From Verrucomicrobiota bacterium (lineage in GTDB: Bacteria > Verrucomicrobiota > Verrucomicrobiia > Opitutales > Opitutaceae), in NCBI GenBank assembly GCA_023447015.1, contig JAEXPG010000059.1, positions 1 to 34,808 of the forward strand: a stretch of DNA of 34,808 nt. The letters are read 5' to 3'. The notes under the pieces are model-generated. The model searched no databases and was not told where the DNA came from. It saw only the letters and a list, made by a program, of their open reading frames with translations. A program made the translations under genes and the position numbers. Below are positions 24,801-31,233 of this stretch, one piece after another; within the stretch, counting starts at the first letter, position 1; every line of letters begins with the position of its first letter.

Positions 24801-25477
24801 TGTGGATCGCGCAGGAGATCCACGATCCGGCGACAAGCCGGAATCCGGGCTTCGAGCTGGCCTACTGGCGCTGGGCACTGGAAACGGCGCAGCGCTGGCA
24901 GGTTCGCGCGGGGCTCGGCCGCAACGCCCGCTGGGACGAGGTGCTGGCGAAGCTCGCGCCGTTGCCGGAGCGCGACGGCAAGTACGTGGCGCTCGAATCG
25001 ACGCCCGACACCTGGGACAATCCCGGCAGTCGCCATGACCACCCCGAGATGCTCATGGCCCTCGGCTTCCTCCCGCCGACCGCGGCGGTCGATCGCGACA
25101 CCATGGGCCGCACGCTCGACGCCGTTCTCGCGCAGTGGGATTGGAACACGAAGATCTGGGGTTGGGATTATCCGATGATCGCCATGACCGCGACCCGCCT
25201 TGGGCGACCGGAGGTTGCGGTCGAGGTGTTGCTGCGCGATGGGCCGAACAACCGCTACCTGCCGAACGGCCACTGCCCGCAGGGCAGCGATCGCGCCCGC
25301 ACCGGCGAGCCCGAAGGACGGCGAGAGATCGCCGCCTATCTCCCGGCCAACGGGGCCTTCCTCTCGGCCGTGGCCCTGATGGTGGCCGGGTGGGACGGCT
25401 GCACGACCGAGCATCCCGGTTTCCCGGCGGACGGCAGCTGGCAGATTCGCGCCGAAGGTCTGCAGCGGCTTCCGTAG
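21803..25477 (+). CDS. Secreted multidomain glycoside hydrolase: GH43 catalytic domain + GH43 C-terminal beta-sandwich + ~710-aa uncharacterised (probably alpha/alpha-barrel glycosidase-like) module
   Basis: I chose the ATG at 21803 with signal peptide MLALVRRLLLALAFFVTGAAASA; the track ORF 20894..25477 has a spurious 5' extension over the MFS gene. GH43 signatures: CSDPDVIRVGDDFYLV, WAPSLRFHDGRFFLY, EDPCPFWDDDG and EGPKLFKRNGWYY. Beta-sandwich: SDEFSDAALQPQWQWNHNP...WLRLHG. A Pro/Ala/Val linker lies at 23297-23341. The C-terminal module begins IDREALVRRHNPVV...LTVGNGGFAFTVDITGLQTF and contains NTWYGKHHTEMLWWHSAHF. Confidence 0.85.
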   Translation: MLALVRRLLLALAFFVTGAAASADGVLPWGDQGDGTYRNPILPADCSDPDVIRVGDDFYLVASEFHFVGIQVLHSRDLVNWRVLARVFDRLPVAAKYDSLQGYGEGTWAPSLRFHDGRFFLYVCTPREGLFLWTAADPAGPWQGPVTVKAVDQWEDPCPFWDDDGQAYLVHGRLGAGPLLLHRMSADGTQLLDDGMEIYRGPVAEGPKLFKRNGWYYISLPEGGVERGGQTILRSRNIRGPYERRVVVPDGGPHQGGLVELADGDSWFVGFQSSGQLGRVCHLQPVRWHDDDWPVFGDKGRPVLSARKPSIKGSFAISQPQTSDEFSDAALQPQWQWNHNPIADAWSLAERPGWLRLHGRPAADLTSARNTLTQKLWGQDGVFVTKLDAAALAPGQRAGLAFQCGKGFEPVGVERTASGLAVFWAGGTAALGSANEVWLRAEYRGAAARLAYSLDGTSFTDTGVAAMLKSGQWKGARIALFCYGEGAGAADFDFLRFTPGAAPVPVVLPATTPIDREALVRRHNPVVRQVDPTAPLTVGNGGFAFTVDITGLQTFGDYYWQHGIPLETLARWCWTTDPNPQGFKLDDTNQDFVQADGRTVGYPTRAGTPASDWLRRNPRLHPLGQLSLEWDKPDGTPLAPADIQEPEQTLDLWTGIITSRFKLGGVPVQVTTGCHPHSDRIAVKLESELVRMGKLRVRLAFPRGHDQSVKNTPALDWGHPEEHESLLNDEAPDVGVLWLQPARAGTKPAQRSVVIRRVLETEYLVAVYGKLERTGRHAFVHRGAADSSQLELTLEFTQFGPLGPIGADPLFAASATTWARFWQGGAAVDFSASTNLLAPKLEARIILSRYLTAVQCAGEVPPQESGLTCNTWYGKHHTEMLWWHSAHFVLWGQPELAARSLDWYVAHLPEARALAASRGLRGARWAKMVGPDNRESPGGNPLIVWNQPHPIYLAQLLLRQAPSAENLAKYRELVTETAECLASMATFEPASGRYVLGPPLWIAQEIHDPATSRNPGFELAYWRWALETAQRWQVRAGLGRNARWDEVLAKLAPLPERDGKYVALESTPDTWDNPGSRHDHPEMLMALGFLPPTAAVDRDTMGRTLDAVLAQWDWNTKIWGWDYPMIAMTATRLGRPEVAVEVLLRDGPNNRYLPNGHCPQGSDRARTGEPEGRREIAAYLPANGAFLSAVALMVAGWDGCTTEHPGFPADGSWQIRAEGLQRLP

Positions 25478-25490
25478 GCAGGCGCAACGC

Positions 25491-27122
25491 CTATCGCTCC
25501 CGCTGCTCCACGAAGGAGGACTCGGGCCGCTCGGCGTTGCACTCGCGCAGGACAAGGCCGTAGCAATCGAGTATCCGCCAATCGGTTCGCGTGGCTTCCG
25601 GTGCGGGCAGCACGTTGGAGAACTCGCTGGCGGCGACATTCTCCAGCCACACGGCCGGCCGCGCATCGGCCGTGGCGAGGTCCATCGTGACGTTGCGGAC
25701 GGCGAGCCCGGTCGCGTGCCGCGCATAGAGCCCCCAGGCCGGAAGCGTTCCGAACAAGAACGGTTCGGGGTATCCGGCGGGAAGTTCGGGGACAACGCGG
25801 CGAGCGTCCTCCGCCGTGCCGCCGCCGCGGAACGATAGGTGGATGTCCGAGAGGCGCAGGTCCGTGACCGGACAGTTCTCCAGGCCGGCGACAAAGATGC
25901 CGTGCTCCGGCGCCACGTCCTGCGCGACGACGTTGCTGATGATGATGCGCCCGGTGGGGACGGGCGCCGGCGAACCGGGCGCGCGCAGACGGGCGCCGAG
26001 ACGGACGAAGATCGGGGCGTTCATCACCTCGCGCATCGTGATGTTCGAGATCACGATGTCCTCCATCACGCCGCCATCGACCTGCTCGAGCGCGAGCCCG
26101 CGGCAGAACTCGAAGACGCAATTCGTGATCGCGATGTTGCGGAATCCTCCAGTGCCCTCGGTGCCGAGCTTGATCCGGCCGATCGGACCGCCGCGGTGCC
26201 GGATGACACGTGTTCGCCGGCCATCGTAGAGGGTACCCTCCTCGAAACCGCTCACGTAGCAGTTGGCGACGGTGATGTTCTCCGCCGGGCGCACGATGCC
26301 GCCCCCGAAGGACGACTTGATGCAGATCCCGTCGTCCCAGGGCGAGTTCACCGAGCAGTTCGCGATGCGGACGTTGCTGCACGCGTCGATGTCGATGCCG
26401 TCGCGGTTGGTGTCGATCAGCAGGTTGTCGAGCGTGACGTTGTCACAGTCGGTTGCGAGGATCGCGAAGTGTCCGCCGTGGAGGATGGTGAGATCGCGGA
26501 GTGTGAGGTTGCGGCAAGCGCGCAGCGCGATGGCCTTGTTGCCGACTCCGGCCGGCAAAGTGTCACGGCCGTGCGGGTAACCGAAGGGACCGGCCGCGGG
26601 CGTGGCGATCGGATCGACGGGGCCATCGGCCTCAAGGACATCGGGAAGGGGGCCGGGCGGTTGCGGAGCGACGGCTCCGGCGGGAAGCGAGACGCGGCCG
26701 TTGCCCCGGCTGAGGCCGCGGCCGAAGATCCGGCCGGGACCGCGGATCGTGACGCCCTCGAGTTCCTCGCCCCAGAGCAGGCTGTTGCGGAAGCGCGAGT
26801 GCCCGAAGTCCTGGAAGATGTTCGGCGCGCCGTCCTCGGGGACGTCATAGCCTCCGGGCTCGCCGGCCGGCGGCGGCTCGGCGGCGATCAACGTGGTGCC
26901 GGATTCGAGCGCGATCGTGATGTTACTGCGCAAACGGATCGAATGACTGAGGTAGTCGCCGGGAGGGAAGACGACGGTACCGCCGCCGGAGCCGTGGGCG
27001 GCGGCGATGGCCCGATTGAGCGCAGCGGTGTCGAGGGTGATCCCGTCGCCGGTGGCACCGAAATCGCGGACGTTGAAGGGGGATCGCGCAGGGGGCGGCG
27101 AGATGGTTGCGGTGGAACTCAC
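25491..27122 (-). CDS. Glycoside hydrolase family 28 (polygalacturonase/rhamnogalacturonase-like right-handed beta-helix)
   Basis: N-terminus FNVRDFGATGDGITLDTAALNRAI. GH28-type catalytic motifs are TNRDGIDID, WDDGICIKS and IGRIKLGTEG. GTG start at 27122. The delimited ORF shows no signal peptide. Confidence 0.85.
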   Translation of the reverse strand: MSSTATISPPPARSPFNVRDFGATGDGITLDTAALNRAIAAAHGSGGGTVVFPPGDYLSHSIRLRSNITIALESGTTLIAAEPPPAGEPGGYDVPEDGAPNIFQDFGHSRFRNSLLWGEELEGVTIRGPGRIFGRGLSRGNGRVSLPAGAVAPQPPGPLPDVLEADGPVDPIATPAAGPFGYPHGRDTLPAGVGNKAIALRACRNLTLRDLTILHGGHFAILATDCDNVTLDNLLIDTNRDGIDIDACSNVRIANCSVNSPWDDGICIKSSFGGGIVRPAENITVANCYVSGFEEGTLYDGRRTRVIRHRGGPIGRIKLGTEGTGGFRNIAITNCVFEFCRGLALEQVDGGVMEDIVISNITMREVMNAPIFVRLGARLRAPGSPAPVPTGRIIISNVVAQDVAPEHGIFVAGLENCPVTDLRLSDIHLSFRGGGTAEDARRVVPELPAGYPEPFLFGTLPAWGLYARHATGLAVRNVTMDLATADARPAVWLENVAASEFSNVLPAPEATRTDWRILDCYGLVLRECNAERPESSFVEQRER

Positions 27123-27539
27123 GGGAGGAGGAATGGCGGGAACGGGGAGGCGGCCGCGCCGACGAGAAGCTCAGTTGTGCAAACGGTGCGAGGCGGTGAG
27201 GGCGGGATCGGTGCGGGTTCGGTCAGTGGGCCGGGCCTGGTGGGGGATGGCGGGATGATCGCCGGCGGGGCAAGAGCGTGGCGCCTTCCCGTCGGGCGCC
27301 AATCCATCGGCGGCTTTCCACGTAAATCCAGAGGGGAAGGGGAACCTTCGGCGACGAGGTGTTTCTATGCTAGCACCACATGTCGAACAGCCTCGAATCA
27401 GCGCACCGCCGCCGGATGAAATCCCGCGGGGGCTCCGTCGCGGCGCGCGCGACCGGGAGTGGCCGCGGGTTGCTTGACCGGGCCGGCGACGGGCCTGAAA
27501 GTGCCGGCAACTAAACCAACCGCCGAGGCCAACACCGTG

Positions 27540-27564
27540 GGAACATTTCAGGAGTACACCAGTC
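27540..27564 (+). promoter_or_regulatory. Candidate ECF-type autoregulated promoter (GGAAC-N17-GTC) upstream of the ECF sigma gene
   Basis: GGAAC lies at 27540-27544 and GTC at 27562-27564, which would give a very short leader containing gagg before the ATG at 27582. This is a pattern match only. An alternative sigma70-like pair is TTGACC (about 27471-27476) plus GAAAGT. Confidence 0.25.
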
Positions 27565-27581
27565 GCAACGAGGTTGAACGC

Positions 27582-28187
27582 ATGTCAACCAAGGCCCAGG
27601 AAGTTGCGCTCGATCGTCTGCTCGTCGACCGGATCAAGGCCGGCGACGAAGGCGCGTTCAACGAGATGGTGGGCAAGTATTGGGACCGGATCTACTCGAT
27701 GGTCCACCAGCTCCTCCGCAATCCTCAGGATGCCGAGGAGGTCACACAGGACGCCTTCATCCGGGCCCATCGCGGTCTCGGGAACTTCCGCGGCGACGCC
27801 GCCTTCTCGACGTGGCTCTACCAGATCGCCACGAATCTCGCGCGCAACCGCTACTGGTATTGGTGGCGCCGCAAGCGCGACAAGAGCATCTCCTTCGACC
27901 AGCCCCTTGGCGACGAGGCCGACGGCGCGACGCTCGCCGACATCATTCCCGCCGAGGTCGAGGCGCCCGACGACATCACGGTGACCAGCGAGTTCACCGA
28001 GCGGGTCGCGGCGAGCATGGAGAAACTGGGCAAGAAGCACCGGGAGATCCTGGTGCTGCGCAACGTACAGAACCATTCCTACGAGGAGATCGCCGAGATT
28101 CTCGGCATCAGCGTGGGCACCGTGAAAAGCCGCATCGCCCGGGCCCGCGAGGCCCTGCGCGAGCTGCTCGGGGAGGACTTCAAATGA
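27582..28187 (+). CDS. ECF (group 4) sigma-70 family RNA polymerase sigma factor
   Basis: I chose the ATG at 27582 (MSTKAQEV...). Region 2: AEEVTQDAFIRAHRGLGNFRGDAAFSTWLYQIATNLARN. Region 4 HTH: HREILVLRNVQNHSYEEIAEILGISVGTVKSRIARAREAL. Confidence 0.92.
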   Translation: MSTKAQEVALDRLLVDRIKAGDEGAFNEMVGKYWDRIYSMVHQLLRNPQDAEEVTQDAFIRAHRGLGNFRGDAAFSTWLYQIATNLARNRYWYWWRRKRDKSISFDQPLGDEADGATLADIIPAEVEAPDDITVTSEFTERVAASMEKLGKKHREILVLRNVQNHSYEEIAEILGISVGTVKSRIARAREALRELLGEDFK

Positions 28188-28822
28188 CACACGAGAAATT
28201 CATCGAGTCGCTCAACCTCTACCTCGACGGAGAGCTTCCGCCGGCGGATGCCGCCGCGCTCGAGCGCGAGATCGCCGGCAACCTCGAACGGCGTCGGATC
28301 TATCGTCAGTACTGCCAGATGCAGAACGCCTGCGGCCAGCTGGCCGAGCGCTTCCGGGAGGAGGCCGCCCCGGCGCCGCATTTCCGCAAGGGCGCCGTGG
28401 TCGAGCTGCCGCGCCGGGCGAGCGGGGATTGGTTCCGCTCGATCGCACTGGTGGGCAGTGGTGCGGTGGCGGCTTGTGCCGCGTTCATCGCGGTTCGCCA
28501 GTTTTCCGGCGCCCCGACCGCCTCGACAGTCGCGCAGAGCCCGCAGCCGGCGGCAGTGGCCTCCGCTCAGTCAGTTCCAGCGACAACCACGGTGGCGTTC
28601 ACAGGCAATCCGGTCGGCTTCAAGAACCCGTGGGCGGCCGCCAACCGCAACGTCGTGGACTTCAGCAAGCTCACCGTGGCCAACACTCCCCTGATGCTCC
28701 CCCCGCCGGATCTCAAGATGCCGCCCGGTGCCGAGAACCTGCAGCCCTACGGCACCGCTCCTGGCGCACCGCTGCGCATGGAGGAGATCGAGGCGGCCGC
28801 GTTCCAGTTCCCGCGGCAATAG
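28184..28822 (+). CDS. Putative anti-sigma factor (N-terminal anti-sigma domain, one TM, Pro/Ala-rich periplasmic region)
   Basis: ATGA overlap with the sigma stop. N-terminus: MTHEKFIESLNLYLDGELPPADAAALEREIA...C..C region. TM: WFRSIALVGSGAVAACAAFIAV. The position and topology are typical of ECF anti-sigma partners. Confidence 0.7.
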   Translation: MTHEKFIESLNLYLDGELPPADAAALEREIAGNLERRRIYRQYCQMQNACGQLAERFREEAAPAPHFRKGAVVELPRRASGDWFRSIALVGSGAVAACAAFIAVRQFSGAPTASTVAQSPQPAAVASAQSVPATTTVAFTGNPVGFKNPWAAANRNVVDFSKLTVANTPLMLPPPDLKMPPGAENLQPYGTAPGAPLRMEEIEAAAFQFPRQ

Positions 28823-28848
28823 CCCGGCCGGCTCTCGACACTTTCGCG

Positions 28849-28880
28849 AAGCGCTCTCCGCTCAAGAGAGCGCTTTTTTG
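28849..28880 (+). terminator. Rho-independent terminator of the sigma/anti-sigma operon, embedded in the last codons of the convergent ruvA
   Basis: Stem 28851-28858 gcgctctc / 28866-28873 gagagcgc with a 7-nt loop containing the ruvA stop codon (28862-28864). T6 follows at 28874-28879. Confidence 0.75.
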
Positions 28881-29467
28881 ATGAGCGCCTCGGTCGAGGC
28901 CGCGATGCCCAGGGTCGCCTGGGCCTTGCGAACCGCCTTGTCCGCGTCCGGCGGCCGGTAGCCGAGGGCGACGAGTGCTGCCACGGCGTCAGCCAGCGGG
29001 GTGGGTTCCGCGGCCGTGGCCGCGCCACCGCCGGTGGTCCCGGCCGGGACGATGTGAGAAACCACGCCGAGCTTGTCCTTCAGATCGAGGATGATCCGCT
29101 CCGCCGTCTTGCGGCCGATGCCCGGGCATTTCGACAGCAGGTCGGCATCGCCGGAGGTGATCGCGCCCTGGAGCGCGGGCAGCGAGAGGTGGCTCATCAA
29201 CGCGAGCGAGACCTTCGGGCCGACGCCGCTGACCTTCTCGATGAGCAGCCGGAAGAAGTCGCGCTCGGCCGCGCTGGCGAACCCGTAGATGGCCTGCGAA
29301 TCCTCGCGGTACACGACGTGCGTGTGCAGGAACGCCTGCTGCCCGGCCGCCGGGAGCTTCTCCGCGGTCGTCACGGGGACGTTCACTTCGTAGCCGACTC
29401 CCGCCACCTCCACCACGGCGTGGAGCGGTGTGGTGGAAAGCAGGGTACCGCGCAGGCTGGCGATCAT
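28862..29467 (-). CDS. ruvA: Holliday junction branch-migration complex subunit RuvA
   Basis: MIASLRGTL...VEVAGVGYEVNVP...IYGF...ERDFFRLLIEKVSGVGPKVSLALMS...LSKCPGIGRKTAERIILDLKDK. The C-terminal domain III is ALVALGY. Confidence 0.95.
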   Translation of the reverse strand: MIASLRGTLLSTTPLHAVVEVAGVGYEVNVPVTTAEKLPAAGQQAFLHTHVVYREDSQAIYGFASAAERDFFRLLIEKVSGVGPKVSLALMSHLSLPALQGAITSGDADLLSKCPGIGRKTAERIILDLKDKLGVVSHIVPAGTTGGGAATAAEPTPLADAVAALVALGYRPPDADKAVRKAQATLGIAASTEALIKKALS

Positions 29468-30213
29468 CGGGCGGCCTTCCGGAGTCCGAGCACGTCCTGC
29501 ATGTCGTAGAGTCCGACGGGGCGCCCGGAGATCCAGCGGGCGGCGTGGAGCGCGCCGCGGGCGAGGATCGCGCGGTCGCCCGCCTTGTGGCTGAGCTCCA
29601 CGCGCTCGCCGAGGGCGGCGAAGATCACGGTGTGGTCGCCGACAACGTCGCCGCCACGCAGGGCGTGGACGCCGATCTCGCGCTTGGTGCGCTCGCCGGT
29701 GATGCCCTGGCGGCCGTGGCGGAGATCGGACTCCTTGAGGTCGCGGGCCTGCATCAGGATCTCGAGGAGGCTGGCGGCGGTGCCGCTCGGCGCGTCCTTC
29801 TTGAAGCGGTGGTGCATCTCGACGACTTCGGCGTCGAAATTGTCGTCGAGCACGCGGGCGGCCTCGGCGACGAGGTGGAACAGCACATTGACGCCGACCG
29901 AGTAGTTGCTGGCCCAGACGCTCGGGATCGTGGCGGAGGCCCGGGCGGCGAGCTTGTTGCGCTCGTCGAAGGAGTGACCGGTGGTGCCGACGACCAGCGC
30001 CTTGCCGTGGCGGATGGAGAGGTCGATCACGTTGGCGGTCGCGGTGTGGTGGCTGAAGTCGATGACGACGTCGGCGGAGGGCAGGGCGGCGGCGAGGTCG
30101 TCGCCCACATCGATCGCGGCGGCGACGGGGATGCCGGCTTCCTTGGCGCAGGCGATGAGCGCCTGGCCCATGCGGCCCTTGGAGCCGTTGATCAGAATGC
30201 GAGGTAGCGACAT
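29464..30213 (-). CDS. dapB: 4-hydroxy-tetrahydrodipicolinate reductase
   Basis: I chose the internal ATG at 30213 of track ORF 29464..30594. Key motifs: MSLPRILINGSKGRMGQAL, VVGTTG and EVVEMHHRFKKDAPSGTA. The gene overlaps the ruvA start by 4 nt. Confidence 0.93.
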   Translation of the reverse strand: MSLPRILINGSKGRMGQALIACAKEAGIPVAAAIDVGDDLAAALPSADVVIDFSHHTATANVIDLSIRHGKALVVGTTGHSFDERNKLAARASATIPSVWASNYSVGVNVLFHLVAEAARVLDDNFDAEVVEMHHRFKKDAPSGTAASLLEILMQARDLKESDLRHGRQGITGERTKREIGVHALRGGDVVGDHTVIFAALGERVELSHKAGDRAILARGALHAARWISGRPVGLYDMQDVLGLRKAAR

Positions 30214-30215
30214 GG

Positions 30216-31106
30216 TCAGAGGCCGAGGCCGGCGAGGGTCTTGTCGAGGAGGGCGCGGTTGACGTCGGTCAGCTCGCAGAGCGGGAGTCGGACCTCGGGG
30301 GATCCGATCAGCCGCATCTTGGCCATCGCGTACTTTGCCGGGACGGGGTTGGGCTCGACGAAGAGATTCTTGAAGAGCGGGAGGAAGCGGTGGTGCAGGG
30401 CGGCCGCCTCGGCGCGGTTTCCCGCCAAAGCGAGCTCGCAGAGTCTCGCGATCTCCGCCGGGAAGAGGTTGGAGGCCACCGAGATCACGCCCTTCGCCCC
30501 GATGGACATGAAGGGCAGGGTGAGCCCGTCGTCGCCGCAAAGGATGGTGACGGAGTCGCCGCAGGTCTGGCGAAGCTGGTCGACGCGGTCGCACGAGCCG
30601 CCGGCCTCCTTGATGTGATTGATGTGGGGGAAGGCGGCGCGCAGTCGGGCGACTGTGGGCACGGCGATCTCGATGCCGCAGCGACCGGGGATCGAGTAGA
30701 GGACTATGGGCTTCCGGGTGGCCTCGGCGATGGCGCTGAAATGGCGATACAGGCCCTCCTGACTGGGCTTGTTGTAGTAGGGCGCCACCACGAGCATGGC
30801 ATCGGCGCCCACGGCCTCGGCCTTCCGGGTGAGCTCGACCGCCTCGCGGGTGCAGTTCGAACCGGTGCCGGCGAGAACGGGGACCCGGCCCGCGGAGCGG
30901 ACGACCACGCGGCGGATCACCTCGATGTGCTCGTCGTAGTCGAGAGTCGGCGACTCGCCGGTGGTGCCGACGGGCACGAGTCCTTTGATCCCGCCGGCGA
31001 TCTGGGCGTCCACGAGACGATCGAGATCGTCGTAGGCGATTTGGCCGTTGCGGAACGGCGTCACTAGTGCGGTGATGGCGCCGGTGAACTCGCGCGGAAT
31101 ACTCAT
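30216..31106 (-). CDS. dapA: 4-hydroxy-tetrahydrodipicolinate synthase
   Basis: GAITALVTPF...GLVPVGTTGESPTL...YNKPSQEGLYRHF...IKEAGG. The 296-aa ORF ends 2 nt before dapB. Confidence 0.95.
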   Translation of the reverse strand: MSIPREFTGAITALVTPFRNGQIAYDDLDRLVDAQIAGGIKGLVPVGTTGESPTLDYDEHIEVIRRVVVRSAGRVPVLAGTGSNCTREAVELTRKAEAVGADAMLVVAPYYNKPSQEGLYRHFSAIAEATRKPIVLYSIPGRCGIEIAVPTVARLRAAFPHINHIKEAGGSCDRVDQLRQTCGDSVTILCGDDGLTLPFMSIGAKGVISVASNLFPAEIARLCELALAGNRAEAAALHHRFLPLFKNLFVEPNPVPAKYAMAKMRLIGSPEVRLPLCELTDVNRALLDKTLAGLGL

Positions 31107-31233
31107 TGCGAAGGGATTTTTGATTGGCGGTTTACGAAACGAGACCTTGAGGAGAAATGCAGTGAACGGTAGGGAAAATCCATCCCTTTTTGACCAACGG
31201 AACTAATCCGTGCGGAAACAAGCCCCAGCCTAA

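Noticed and set aside
25478-25490. Small hairpin aggcg-caa-cgcct in the 13-nt gap between the convergent GH43-fusion and GH28 genes
   Set aside because: It has a 5-bp stem with a 3-nt loop and no U-tract on either strand, which is too weak to call a terminator.
27380-27514. 44-codon ORF (MSNSLESAHRRRMKSRGGSVAARATGSGRGLLDRAGDGPESAGN) in the GH28/ECF intergenic region
   Set aside because: It is basic and low in complexity, has no ribosome-binding site, and looks like chance high-GC coding.
30214-30594. N-terminal extension of ORF 29464..30594 (dapB frame) over dapA
   Set aside because: It overlaps dapA out of frame and is Pro/Arg-rich. DapB begins at MSLPRILINGSKGRMG (30213).
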